Assembly: GCA_034421015.1 (NCBI GenBank)
Contig: DAOUKT010000037.1
Location: forward strand, 94,096-158,095
Direction of reading: 5' to 3'
Length of the DNA: 64,000 nt
From: Dehalococcoidia bacterium
GTDB taxonomy: Bacteria > Chloroflexota > Dehalococcoidia > Lucifugimonadales > UBA2985
Below the pieces are notes generated by a model. That model was not told the origin of the DNA. It ran no database searches and was given only the letters and a program-made list of their open reading frames with translations. Positions 9,436 to 18,935 of this stretch are shown in pieces. Each line of letters begins with the position of its first letter. Position 1 is the stretch's first letter. The translations under genes were made by a program, and so were the position numbers.

Positions 9436-9466
9436 TCTAACCTGTCATTCTAACCAGACAATTATA
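9436..9466 (-). promoter_or_regulatory. Candidate phd-vapC promoter/operator: TATAAT (minus strand, 9461..9466) followed by two direct GGTTAGA repeats 13 nt apart
   Basis: The minus strand reads gaTATAATtgtctGGTTAGAatgacaGGTTAGAggtggcgctATG. The repeats sit between the -10 and the RBS, as antitoxin operators do. No convincing -35. Confidence 0.3.
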
Positions 9467-9687
9467 TCAGATGCGAAGTGAAAGTTGGACTCTCCAAGAA
9501 TCACCGCTCCGTTACGACCTCAGGCCCTGTGTCACGGTCACATTGAGCAGGGCGCACCATCATTTGTCGTTGCGGATAGCTTGTGCACAGGCACAGAAAT
9601 CGCACTTGAAGGCCCCTCAAGCCTATTCCTCTTGGACCTTCCGTCCTGTAGAATCCAATTGCACCCAGCCGCTGGAAGACGCTTCTT

Positions 9688-12243
9688 ATGGCCACAACAA
9701 CCCCCGCTCGCAGGCAATACCTGAAGATGAAGGAGCAGCACCCGGACGCCATCCTGCTGTTTCGCATGGGCGACTTCTACGAGACCTTCGATGAGGACGC
9801 CAAGGTAACCGCCCGGGAGCTTGAGATCGCGCTGACCTCCCGAGAGATGGGCAAGGGGCAGCGTGTCCCTCTGGCGGGCATACCCTATCACGCCCTGGAC
9901 AGCTACCTGGCGCGGCTGGTCAAACGCGGCTACAAGGTCGCCATCTGCGAGCAGACGGGCGAGGTGACGTCCAAAGGCCCGGTGGAGCGCGAGGTGGTGC
10001 GGGTGGTCACGCCCGGAACGGTTACCGAGCCGTCCCTGCTGGACCAGAGCGCCAACAACTTCCTGGCCGCCGTGATCATCCACGAGGAAGAGGCAGGCCT
10101 GGCCTACGTGGACATAACCACCAGCGAGTTCGCCACAACCCAGATTCCCATCGACGACCTGCCTCTGGAGCTGGAGCGACTGGACCCAGCAGAGGTGCTC
10201 ACGCCCCAGGACATGGCGGTCCCGGACTGGATGTCCTTCCGCCACGTGACCACTATTGAGGGAGACATGTTCCGGCCCGGTGAGGCGGAGGAGACGCTGA
10301 AGGAGCACTTTGGAGTTGCAACGCTGGAGGCCTACGGTTGTCACGGGATGCCTCTGGCCATAGGGGCGTCCGGGGCCATTCTCAGCTACGTTCAGAGGAC
10401 CCAGAGGGCCGGTCTGGAGCGCATCCAGGGCCTTCACACCTACTCACCCAGGGCGTTCATGCTCCTGGACCACCAGACCAGGGGCAACCTTGAGCTGTTC
10501 CAGGGAGGTCGTTGGGGAAAGACGACTCACTCCCTTCTGGCCACCCTCGACGCGACCAACACTTCCATGGGAGGGCGGCTGCTCCGCAAGTGGGTCGGGC
10601 AGCCCCTGCTGGACCTGAGCCAGCTGGAGCAGCGCCAGGACTACATAGAGGCCCTTCTCCGGGAGCAGATACGCCGGGAGGAGATCGTAGAGGTACTCAA
10701 GGCCGTGCCGGACCTGGAGCGGCTGCTGAACCGCATCGCCGCGGGGACAGCCGTGCCCAGGGAGGTCGCATCCCTCAAAGATGGACTGGAAGGGGTATCG
10801 CGGCTGAAGGCCCTCCTGGAAGAAGCGACCGGCCGCCTGTCGGCGCTGGGGGAGCGGCTCGACCCCTGCGACTCCGTGTCGACACTGATAGGCTCGGCGC
10901 TGGAGGATTCCCCAGGCGCGTCGGTTGGCGAGGGCGGCGTCATTCGCCGGGGCTTTTCGCCGGAGCTGGACGAGCTTCGTGACGTGTCCAGGAACGGCAG
11001 GGAGTACATCGCCAACCTGGAGCGCAAGGAGCGGGAGCGCACCGGCATCAGGTCGCTGAAGGTGGGCTACAACCGGGTCTTCGGTTACTACATCGAGGTG
11101 AGCAACCCCAATCTCCCCCAGGTGCCGGACGACTACGTCCGCCGTCAGACCCTTGTGGGCGGCGAGCGGTTCTTCACCCCTGAGCTGAAGGAGTACGAGT
11201 CCATCCTCCTCAATGCACAGGAGCGGATGGAGGAGTTGGAGCAGTCGCTATTCCAGCAGGTGTGCAGGCAGATAGCGGCGATGGGGCAGCGCGTAGCGGC
11301 GACCGCGTCGAGCGTCGCCCACGTCGACGTCTACGCTGCCCTGGCCGAGGGGGCGTCGCGCCACGGCTACGTGCGGCCGCGTCTCGACAACGGCAGCGTA
11401 ATCGACATCGTGGAGGGCAGGCACCCCGTGGTCGAGCGCAGCATGCCGCCCGGCACATTCGTGCCCAACGACACCCTCTTGAGCAACGACGACGCCCAGG
11501 TGATGCTGCTGACCGGCCCCAACATGGCGGGCAAGTCCACGTACATAAGGCAGGTGGCGCTGATTGTGCTGATGGCCCAGATAGGCAGCTTTGTGCCCGC
11601 GCGTTCCGCCACCATTGGGCTGGTAGACCGCATCTTCACGCGCGTGGGGCTGCAGGACGACCTGTACACGGGGCAATCGACTTTCATGGTGGAGATGGTG
11701 GAGACGGCGTCCATCCTGCATCACGCAACGCCGCGCTCTCTGGTTGTGCTGGACGAGATTGGACGGGGCACCAGCACCTACGACGGCCTGGCAATCGCCA
11801 GGGCGACCGCGGAGCACATCCACACCAGCCCACGGCTGGGGTGCAAGACGCTGTTCGCCACCCACTACCACGAGCTGACGGAGCTGTCCCAGATGCTGCC
11901 CAGGGTGCGCAACTTCAACGTGGCCGCGGTTGAGAGCGACGGGAACGTGGTGTTCCTGCACCGCATTGTGCCCGGGGGCGCAGACCGGAGCTACGGAATC
12001 AACGTAGCACAGCTGGCAGGGCTGCCCGCGCCGGTGGTGAGCCGCGCATGGGAGCTGCTCTCGGAGCTTGAGGGCGGCGAGAGGCGGCCCGCCAAGCCAA
12101 GTCAGCGGCCGCTTTTCAGCCTTCCACATCCGGTGGTGCAGGAGCTCCTGGGGCTGGACGTCTCCATCATGACGCCCCTGGAGGCCATCAACGCCCTGTA
12201 CGCGCTTCAGAAGAAGGCGCAGGAGGAGGAAGAGGGCGGGTAG
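9688..12243 (+). CDS. mutS: DNA mismatch repair protein MutS
   Basis: 851 aa. TPARRQYLKMKEQHPDAILLFRMGDFYETF start, Walker A GPNMAGKSTY, STFMVEM, DEIGRGTSTYDG. Confidence 0.95.
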   Translation: MATTTPARRQYLKMKEQHPDAILLFRMGDFYETFDEDAKVTARELEIALTSREMGKGQRVPLAGIPYHALDSYLARLVKRGYKVAICEQTGEVTSKGPVEREVVRVVTPGTVTEPSLLDQSANNFLAAVIIHEEEAGLAYVDITTSEFATTQIPIDDLPLELERLDPAEVLTPQDMAVPDWMSFRHVTTIEGDMFRPGEAEETLKEHFGVATLEAYGCHGMPLAIGASGAILSYVQRTQRAGLERIQGLHTYSPRAFMLLDHQTRGNLELFQGGRWGKTTHSLLATLDATNTSMGGRLLRKWVGQPLLDLSQLEQRQDYIEALLREQIRREEIVEVLKAVPDLERLLNRIAAGTAVPREVASLKDGLEGVSRLKALLEEATGRLSALGERLDPCDSVSTLIGSALEDSPGASVGEGGVIRRGFSPELDELRDVSRNGREYIANLERKERERTGIRSLKVGYNRVFGYYIEVSNPNLPQVPDDYVRRQTLVGGERFFTPELKEYESILLNAQERMEELEQSLFQQVCRQIAAMGQRVAATASSVAHVDVYAALAEGASRHGYVRPRLDNGSVIDIVEGRHPVVERSMPPGTFVPNDTLLSNDDAQVMLLTGPNMAGKSTYIRQVALIVLMAQIGSFVPARSATIGLVDRIFTRVGLQDDLYTGQSTFMVEMVETASILHHATPRSLVVLDEIGRGTSTYDGLAIARATAEHIHTSPRLGCKTLFATHYHELTELSQMLPRVRNFNVAAVESDGNVVFLHRIVPGGADRSYGINVAQLAGLPAPVVSRAWELLSELEGGERRPAKPSQRPLFSLPHPVVQELLGLDVSIMTPLEAINALYALQKKAQEEEEGG

Positions 12244-12304
12244 GGGACGGGCGTACATGGTTCTCTACAGCGCTATCCGCTCGGGGTAAACGCCGGATAA
12301 ACAA

Positions 12305-12330
12305 CAGGAGCCAAGGTGGCTTGGCTCCTG
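12305..12330. terminator. Hairpin between convergent mutS and the 12355..12774 gene
   Basis: caggagccaag gtgg cttggctcctg (11-bp perfect stem) followed by tattcgtt. Confidence 0.45.
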
Positions 12331-12354
12331 TATTCGTTCCATGGGGGTAGCAGT

Positions 12355-12774
12355 CTATTGACTGGATTCAGGCGGCTCGCTGTCGGGAGGTTGATTATCG
12401 GGGCCGTTCTGTTTCTTCATATCCTCAAGGGCCTTGGCGTAACCCTGCGCGAATCCCTCCTCCGTCCATTTCACCTTTCCTTCCTCTCTCTCTAACTCTC
12501 TCCCTATCTCTATACCCTCCTCCCTGAACGCCTCCTTCAGCCTGTTTGCCAGCCACATCTCTCTCCCTTCTATGAAAGTGTAGGTCAGGGCAGTAGCCCC
12601 TATTGCGAAGTATGAAAAGCGCTCAGCAATATCTACTACTGCCTCTAATACGTCTGTTTTTGGACCACTCAGCCCAACCCATACGGACACCGCCATCCCC
12701 GCCGCCAGTTGCAGAAAGAAAACGATGTATGCGGCAGTATACCACCTGTTCCGTCTCGAATATCTCTCCCTCAT
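12355..12774 (-). CDS. Hypothetical membrane protein (two predicted TM helices plus a charged C-terminal tail)
   Basis: 139 aa in a visibly lower-GC stretch. Hydrophobic segments AAYIVFFLQLAAGMAVSVWVGL and FSYFAIGATALTYTFI, then a Glu/Lys-rich tail. No family recognised. Confidence 0.5.
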   Translation of the reverse strand: MRERYSRRNRWYTAAYIVFFLQLAAGMAVSVWVGLSGPKTDVLEAVVDIAERFSYFAIGATALTYTFIEGREMWLANRLKEAFREEGIEIGRELEREEGKVKWTEEGFAQGYAKALEDMKKQNGPDNQPPDSEPPESSQ

Positions 12775-12884
12775 AGACTTCTACTGGCTCAATTATACCA
12801 CTTTCGGACATACGCCCGCGCTGGCCGCGCCTCGCGCTTGCCCCTTATGACGCGCGCCTCTTATAATGGCCTCGGTATCAAGAC

Positions 12885-13319
12885 GTGAACATCTTCTTCG
12901 ATTGCGACTACACCCTTATCGCCTGGGACGGGAGGCTCCGTCCGGGCGTCAGGGAGCTTTTCAAGGCCCTCAAGGACGACGGCCACACGCTGTACGTCTG
13001 GTCCGGCGTGGGCATTCGCTGGTACGAGGTGCGCAAGCACGGCCTTGAGCAGTACGTGACCGACTGCTTCCACAAGCCCATCTCAGATTTCCACCGCAGG
13101 ATGAAGGCGGCGGGCCTCAGCCCGTGGCCGGACCTGATCATCGACGACTACCCGGAGATAGTCAGCGCGCTGGGCGGAGTCAGGGTTAAGCCATACGTCT
13201 ACGAGCGACAGTCGGACAGGGAGATGTACAAGCTGTACCACGTGCTCTCCACCCTGAGCGCCACCGGAAGCCGTCCCGCAGAGTCGGAAGACCTCTTCTG
13301 TTGTACGGACGACGCATAG
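12885..13319 (+). CDS. Small HAD-like hydrolase (tentative)
   Basis: 144 aa with a GTG start. FFDCDYTLI resembles HAD motif I (DxDxT). A possible TTGCCC-N18-TATAAT promoter has its -10 at 12862..12867. Confidence 0.45.
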   Translation: MNIFFDCDYTLIAWDGRLRPGVRELFKALKDDGHTLYVWSGVGIRWYEVRKHGLEQYVTDCFHKPISDFHRRMKAAGLSPWPDLIIDDYPEIVSALGGVRVKPYVYERQSDREMYKLYHVLSTLSATGSRPAESEDLFCCTDDA

Positions 13320-13329
13320 AGCCGCTGTC

Positions 13330-15042
13330 ATGCCGATACGGGTACTCGCTCCCCAGCTGGCAGCCAGAATCGCCGCAGGCGAGGTGGTGGAGCGTCCCGC
13401 ATCCGTCGTCAAAGAGCTGGTAGAGAACTCCCTGGACGCCTGCGCAACTCACGTCTCTGTGGAGGTCGGCGGCGGCGGGCTGGAGATGATCCGGGTGGTG
13501 GACAACGGGGAGGGCATACCCCCCGGCGAAGTGGAGCTCGCCCTCCGGCGCTTCGCCACCAGCAAGCTGTCCACAGGCGACCTGGACCGCATAACCACCC
13601 TGGGCTTCAGGGGGGAGGCTCTCCCCAGCATAGCCTCAGTCTCCACAATGGCCCTGCTGTCCCGGCAGTCGGACCAGCCCGGCGGCGTCCTGGTGGAGGC
13701 GGAGCACGGGGACATCGTCCGCTCGGTCCCACAGGCAAGCCCGCCCGGAACGTCGGTGACGGTCAGGGGCCTCTTCCGAAACGTCCCGGCGCGCCTCAAG
13801 TTCGTGAAGTCCGCGTCCGTCGAGGCGTCCAGGGTCAGGGCGCTCCTCCACCAGCTGGCCCTTGCGTACCCGGACACCGCCTTCAACCTGGTAGTGGACG
13901 GGCGAAGGGCCTTCTCCTGCCCGGGCACCGGCGATCTGAGGGACGCCTGCTCCGCCGTGTACGGCCCCAAGACCGCGAGGGAGCTCCTGGCGGTGGCTTA
14001 CCCCGAACAGCCGGTAGAGGGATCAGCGACCGTGAGAGGGCTGATAAGCCCGCCGGAGGTCACGCGCTCCAGCCGGAGCGGCATCAACATCATCGTGAAC
14101 CGGCGCTGGATACAGAGCCGCACCCTGACCTTCGCCCTTGAGGAGGCGTACCAGGGCTTCCTGATGGAGCGACGCCATCCCCTGGCCGTCGTCCACATCG
14201 ACCTTCCACCGGAGGACCTGGACGTGAACGTGCACCCCGCCAAGCTGGAGGTGCGCTTCCGCAAAGAGCGGGAGGTGTTTTCGACACTGCAACGGGGGGT
14301 GAGAAGCGCCCTTGTCGCCCACGCCCCGGTTCCCACAGTGCGACCCGACGTCCTCAGCGCGTCATCGCCCTCTGCGCCGCCTCCTTCCGCGAGCGTAGAA
14401 GAGACGCGCAAGGCCCTGTCCCTGTTCGCGCCGGAAGACGACGGCGTCCGCGCCCCCACGCCGAGGGAGGTTGTGCCGTCGATGCGGGTGCTGGGGCAGG
14501 TCCAGAACCTGTACATAGTTGCCGAGGGCCCGGGAGGAGTCTACCTGGTCGACCAGCACGCCGCCCACGAGCGCGTCCTCTACGAGCAGGTCCGCGAGGA
14601 GATGCGGGACGCCGGCCTGCAGGCACAGGGGCTGCTGGAGCCTGTGGTGGTGGAGCTGACTCCCGCCCAGGAGGAGGCCTTCGAAGCGCACTCCGGGGAG
14701 TGGACGAGGTACGGCTTCGAGCTGGAGTCCTTTGGCCCCCACTCCCTCCTGCTGCGCGGCCTTCCGTCGTACCTGTCGGACGCCGACCCCAGGGAGGCCT
14801 TCCTCTCCGTTCTGGAGGACATAGGCGAGGGAAGCGCTACCAGCGACCTGGAGGACCACATGGTGAGCTCGATAGCCTGCCACTCGGCGGTCAGGGCAGG
14901 TAAGAGCATGGCGCACCAGGAGATGGCGAACCTGCTGGCGCAGCTGGAGGCCACAAGCCAGCCCAACACCTGTCCCCACGGCCGACCGACTATGGTGCAT
15001 CTCAGCGCAGCACACCTGGAGCGTGAGTTCGGACGGCGATAG
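13330..15042 (+). CDS. mutL: DNA mismatch repair protein MutL
   Basis: 570 aa. IAAGEVVERPASVVKELVENSLDA, GFRGEAL, and a C-terminal dimerisation domain with HGRPT. Confidence 0.95.
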   Translation: MPIRVLAPQLAARIAAGEVVERPASVVKELVENSLDACATHVSVEVGGGGLEMIRVVDNGEGIPPGEVELALRRFATSKLSTGDLDRITTLGFRGEALPSIASVSTMALLSRQSDQPGGVLVEAEHGDIVRSVPQASPPGTSVTVRGLFRNVPARLKFVKSASVEASRVRALLHQLALAYPDTAFNLVVDGRRAFSCPGTGDLRDACSAVYGPKTARELLAVAYPEQPVEGSATVRGLISPPEVTRSSRSGINIIVNRRWIQSRTLTFALEEAYQGFLMERRHPLAVVHIDLPPEDLDVNVHPAKLEVRFRKEREVFSTLQRGVRSALVAHAPVPTVRPDVLSASSPSAPPPSASVEETRKALSLFAPEDDGVRAPTPREVVPSMRVLGQVQNLYIVAEGPGGVYLVDQHAAHERVLYEQVREEMRDAGLQAQGLLEPVVVELTPAQEEAFEAHSGEWTRYGFELESFGPHSLLLRGLPSYLSDADPREAFLSVLEDIGEGSATSDLEDHMVSSIACHSAVRAGKSMAHQEMANLLAQLEATSQPNTCPHGRPTMVHLSAAHLEREFGRR

Positions 15043-15076
15043 AGCGGCGCTCTCCTCCCTCCGATAGCCACACGCC

Positions 15077-15856
15077 ATGCTTGACCTGCTCCTCTACGCG
15101 ATTGCCAGCTTTGGCATTGCCTATCTGGGAACCCTGGTGGGCCTTGTGTTGGGCGTGGTGCGCCTTCCGATAATCTACGCCCTGGGCCTCACCCCGGCCG
15201 TGGCCGCGGGAACCAACGTCGGCGTGACGGCGGTCAGCTCGCTGTTTGGAGGGTGGCAGCACTTCCGCGAGGGCCGTCTGGACCGCCGGCTGATGGTCAC
15301 TATAGGCATCCCGTCTATGATAGGGTCATTTGCAGGGGGCTTCCTGGGCACCTCGATTCCGGCCTGGGCCATCCTGGCGGCCGTGGCGGCGGCCGTGCTC
15401 TGGCAGGGCGTGGTGTTCCTCATCCAGGGCCGGCGCGAGCAGCTGCAGGGCGACGAGGGTTCAGCGGTTGCCCCGCCCAGAAGAAGCCTGGCCCTTGAGG
15501 CCGGTTTGGGGTTTGGCATCGGATTCGTGGGGTCGCTGGTGGGACTGGCGCTGGGAGTCCTGAGACTACCCGCCATGGTCCAGCTGCTGAAGGCTCCGCC
15601 CGGCATAGCCGCCGGGACCAACCTGGCCATCAACTTCATCTCCGCCCTGTTCGCCATTGTTGGTAGGCTGTACTACGGACAGGTGGATTTCGCGGCCCTT
15701 GGCATCATGGGCGTTGCCGCAGGCCTGGGGGCGTACTACGGCGCCAGGACGACCGGAAGGGTGAGCCAGGCGACTCTGATGATGCTCATTGGAGTGGTCC
15801 TGGTTCTGGTCTCGGTCCTGGTGCTTCAGCAGTCGGTCCGGGAGTACGGGGCATGA
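15077..15856 (+). CDS. TauE/SafE (TSUP) family anion exporter
   Basis: 259 aa. Two internally repeated halves, each with ...AAGTN... (PAVAAGTNVGV and PGIAAGTNLAI), typical of TSUP permeases. Confidence 0.8.
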   Translation: MLDLLLYAIASFGIAYLGTLVGLVLGVVRLPIIYALGLTPAVAAGTNVGVTAVSSLFGGWQHFREGRLDRRLMVTIGIPSMIGSFAGGFLGTSIPAWAILAAVAAAVLWQGVVFLIQGRREQLQGDEGSAVAPPRRSLALEAGLGFGIGFVGSLVGLALGVLRLPAMVQLLKAPPGIAAGTNLAINFISALFAIVGRLYYGQVDFAALGIMGVAAGLGAYYGARTTGRVSQATLMMLIGVVLVLVSVLVLQQSVREYGA

Positions 15857-15877
15857 CGACAGGCCGGTGGACGCGGC

Positions 15878-17134
15878 CTACTGGTCGCGCAGCCTGATGC
15901 GCAAAGCCGACCGCGCTATGGCCGCTACATAGAGCAGTATGAGGCCGCCTCCCAGGGCAACTGCGATGGAGGCCGTCGTGGCCGTCGCCAACGCTCCCAC
16001 GAAGAACCCTCCCACGGGCGTGAAGCCGAAGGTGAGGCCGTAGATGCCCAGAACTCGACCTCTCATCTCGTCAAGGGAGATGAGCTGGAGCATCGTGCCC
16101 ATCGTCACGTCGTAGGCCATCAGGCAACCGCCCACCAGGGCCACAAGGGCCAGCGAAGCGGCGAACCACGTCGAGAAGGCGAACAGTATCAGGGTCGCTC
16201 CGGCCCCCAGAGCGGTGACCACGAGAAGGGTCCCCTTGTGCTTGAAGTCGCCCAGGCTTGACACCGCTATGGTGCTCAGGGCGGAACCGGCTCCGCTGGC
16301 CGCCGAGAGGACTCCCAACCCGGCCGCGCCCACGTGGAGCACGTCCCTGGCTATTACGGGCATCATCACAAAGTGGGAGAAGCCAAAGGCCTCCATAATG
16401 AGGCTCAGGAGCAACAGCTTGCGGATGTCGGCGTCCCGCCAGGAGTATTTGATCCCCTGGCTCACGGACCTCCAGAACGGCTCTCGCTCGTTGGCGGTCC
16501 TGAAGCTGCCCTTGATGAACCACAGAAGCCCCACGCCCACAAGGGAGCAGCCTCCCGCGAAGAGGTAGCTGCTGCCCGTGCCGTACTGGGAAATGAGTCC
16601 GCCGGCAATCAACGAGCCGATGATGCGGGTGATGTTCATGCCCGCCAGGCGGGTGGCCATTGCGTTCAGCAGGCGGCTCGGCCCCACAATCTGGTAGGCC
16701 AGGGAGTTTGAAGCGGGAAGCTGCGTAGCCATTACAATGCCCTGCGCGAAGGCGGCAATGATCAGGTGCCACAGCTCCAGGCGGCCGGCCACGAACAGGG
16801 CGCCCACTGCGATGGCCGCCGCGCCTCCGCCAAAGTGCGCTGCAGCCAGCACCTTCCGCTTGTCGAACCTGTCAACAATCGTGCCTGCCAGGGCCCCGAA
16901 TCCCACCAGGCCGACTCCCTGCACCCCGGCAACCAGCCCGACCCAGAATGGGGAGTCGGTCAGCTCAAGGACCAGCCACCCCTGGCTGAGCATGCGAATC
17001 CCCATGGACATTGAGGAGAAGAAGATGCTGAGCCAGAGCCACCGGAACTGGACCACCTCAAAGGACAGGAGGAGATTGGGCAGTCGGCGGCCCCCGGACG
17101 GGCGGCCGGAGGGATGCGCGGCTTCTTCAGGCAC
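15878..17134 (-). CDS. MFS transporter (EntS/MFS_3-like)
   Basis: 418 aa, about 12 hydrophobic segments. GTIVDRFDKRKVL loop motif between TM2 and TM3. Confidence 0.8.
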   Translation of the reverse strand: MPEEAAHPSGRPSGGRRLPNLLLSFEVVQFRWLWLSIFFSSMSMGIRMLSQGWLVLELTDSPFWVGLVAGVQGVGLVGFGALAGTIVDRFDKRKVLAAAHFGGGAAAIAVGALFVAGRLELWHLIIAAFAQGIVMATQLPASNSLAYQIVGPSRLLNAMATRLAGMNITRIIGSLIAGGLISQYGTGSSYLFAGGCSLVGVGLLWFIKGSFRTANEREPFWRSVSQGIKYSWRDADIRKLLLLSLIMEAFGFSHFVMMPVIARDVLHVGAAGLGVLSAASGAGSALSTIAVSSLGDFKHKGTLLVVTALGAGATLILFAFSTWFAASLALVALVGGCLMAYDVTMGTMLQLISLDEMRGRVLGIYGLTFGFTPVGGFFVGALATATTASIAVALGGGLILLYVAAIARSALRIRLRDQ

Positions 17135-17282
17135 TGCTTATGCTTCCTGGGTCAGAGGTCAGCCCGGGCTGCTGAGAGCGCGAGGCCAAGGGGATGATAT
17201 ACTCATTTCCCCGCGTCGGGGAAGTCCGAGCGACGGGCTGTAGAAAGCAGGGTAGGGAGGGCAATCAGGGGCGGCTGTCCGG

Positions 17283-17984
17283 CTACCGGCTCAGATAGTC
17301 CGAGACCACGCGCCGTCTGGCGTCATCCGTGTCGTAGGAGTGGTACTCGTCTATCAGGTCTGCAATTTGCTCCTGGGGGACAAGCACCTCGCCCTCAAAC
17401 ATGATGGGGAAATTGTGTATGGAGGTCACCAGCGCTCCAAAGAGGGGAATATCACTGGTCCTCTTCATCTGCTCCAGGCTCTCCCCAACCCGCTCTATAC
17501 GCTGATTTGACGTCCAGGTGCTGATGTAGTCTGAGAGGTAGCCTCTTTTGGTTGGCTCGTCCTCCCGGGTATTGATGCCCTCCAGCACCTCTGTCAACCC
17601 GGGGAGGCCGTCGTCGGTTTCCCTTTTAACAAGGATGGTGCCCTGGCACGCCACGTCGGTGTCGTTCTCCGACGACTCCACGATGTCCTCCAGGATGCAG
17701 TCTATCCGGCCCTGCTTGGTGAGGTAGTCTGACACCACCTCTCTTTTGTCAGCCTCAACGTTGGCGGAGCGGACGTCGGCAAGGAGGTCCGGCACGTCCG
17801 GCGCGTATACAACTACTTCGTCATCGAAAGTGAGGGGGCCGGAGGGAGCGGAGTCCTTCTCAAGCTCTGCGAGGATAAAGTCGGTCTCCTCCCCGTACTC
17901 CTCGGCTACGCAGGCAGCGCTCAAGCCCAGGGCAACTACTATCAAACCAACCAGCGACCACCTACGCACCAATGTGTTGAGCAT
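17283..17984 (-). CDS. Acidic putative lipoprotein with three ..SDY(L/I).. repeats, unknown function
   Basis: Start chosen at the internal ATG 17984, giving MLNTLVRRWSLVGLIVVALGLSAAC (lipobox LSAAC). Three spaced motifs: KREVVSDYLTK, KRGYLSDYIST, RRRVVSDYLSR. Lower GC than the flanks. Confidence 0.55.
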   Translation of the reverse strand: MLNTLVRRWSLVGLIVVALGLSAACVAEEYGEETDFILAELEKDSAPSGPLTFDDEVVVYAPDVPDLLADVRSANVEADKREVVSDYLTKQGRIDCILEDIVESSENDTDVACQGTILVKRETDDGLPGLTEVLEGINTREDEPTKRGYLSDYISTWTSNQRIERVGESLEQMKRTSDIPLFGALVTSIHNFPIMFEGEVLVPQEQIADLIDEYHSYDTDDARRRVVSDYLSR

Positions 17985-18079
17985 ACATGTTCCTCTGTTC
18001 CGAGGATTTTGATTGTGGCGGCACGGGCTGCGTCCACCGGGGAGAATAGCCTGCGAGACACGCCACAGCAATCGAGTGC

Positions 18080-18107
18080 GAGTATAGCACAGCGTCGAAC
18101 GGCGTCA
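18080..18107 (-). promoter_or_regulatory. Candidate sigma70-type promoter for the lipoprotein gene
   Basis: The minus strand reads TTGACG-N16-TATACT (ttgacgccgttcgacgctgtgctatact), about 95 nt upstream of ATG 17984. Confidence 0.35.
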
Positions 18108-18155
18108 ATACTCCACACGCCAACGAGGGTTTGCTGCGGAGTATGGAACCGGGCT

Positions 18156-18383
18156 TTATCGCAGGCGGAAGCGGGTCAGCCTTGCGGCCCAGTACCGCAG
18201 CCGCGAACCGGGACGGGGAGTGAACATGGAGTCTCCGGCAGCCGTGGCTGAAGAGCCTCCCTGGTATGAGGAGAGGTTTCTGGTTATCACCGCCAGGGTC
18301 GCGGCGGCGGCCAATGCCACCGATGCCCTCGTCATAAACTCCCGTCGATTCAGCGTTGAGCTCTTTTCCACACTGTCGGCCAT
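18156..18383 (-). CDS. Small protein with a twin-arginine (Tat) signal, unknown function
   Basis: Internal start, giving MADSVEKSSTLNRREFMTRASVALAAAATLAV (RR-x-F-hydrophobic). The mature part is only about 45 aa. Whether it is a real gene is uncertain. Confidence 0.35.
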   Translation of the reverse strand: MADSVEKSSTLNRREFMTRASVALAAAATLAVITRNLSSYQGGSSATAAGDSMFTPRPGSRLRYWAARLTRFRLR

Positions 18384-18572
18384 GATTGCCTCCTGCACGC
18401 GGCGTAGAAATTCCTGTCCCGAACTGTCGAAATTGCTATTGACTAACCCCAAGCGTGATTGTACACTACGTGAAGTTTATTTCAAAGTCCCTTACGGGGC
18501 TTGCTGGCAAGAATGAACACAAGGGGATGAGAAGGCAGGTAGAGGTGGGTCTAAGCTGAATAGAGAATAACG

Positions 18573-18863
18573 ATGGATCCAGAATACATAAACAGCGACA
18601 TTTGGCGCTCCACAGGTGACATTCTCACCTTTATTTGGATTCTATTCTTCGCAGCAGTTGGATTCGGTTTTAACTTCCTGATGGCCCACGCCATCATTCC
18701 CTCCCTCATCGGTTCAGGACATCTCCCCACAAGGCTGCAGAAAGCGCGCCCCCTCTTCTATGGCGGCGCCGCGCTTGCCCTTGCCCTGGTGGTTTTCGCG
18801 TTGAACAGGACCTTCGTCAACGCCGGCTTCATTGAAGATTTCTGGCCGCGGTGGTGGATTTAG
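18573..18863 (+). CDS. Small two-TM membrane protein upstream of the ACIII operon (possible accessory subunit, speculative)
   Basis: 96 aa with two clear hydrophobic helices. Same strand as actA and 72 nt upstream of it. Confidence 0.45.
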   Translation: MDPEYINSDIWRSTGDILTFIWILFFAAVGFGFNFLMAHAIIPSLIGSGHLPTRLQKARPLFYGGAALALALVVFALNRTFVNAGFIEDFWPRWWI

Positions 18864-18935
18864 GCCGGCTACTAAATCGGCCTGAGATTACGCTCATTCT
18901 GACAATCTGACGCTGAACAGGAGAATAGAAATCCA

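Noticed and set aside
9538-12258. 299-aa and 336-aa minus-strand ORFs, plus + strand alternative-frame ORFs, within mutS
   Set aside because: They overlap the MutS coding frame, which is unambiguous. These are GC-rich shadow frames.
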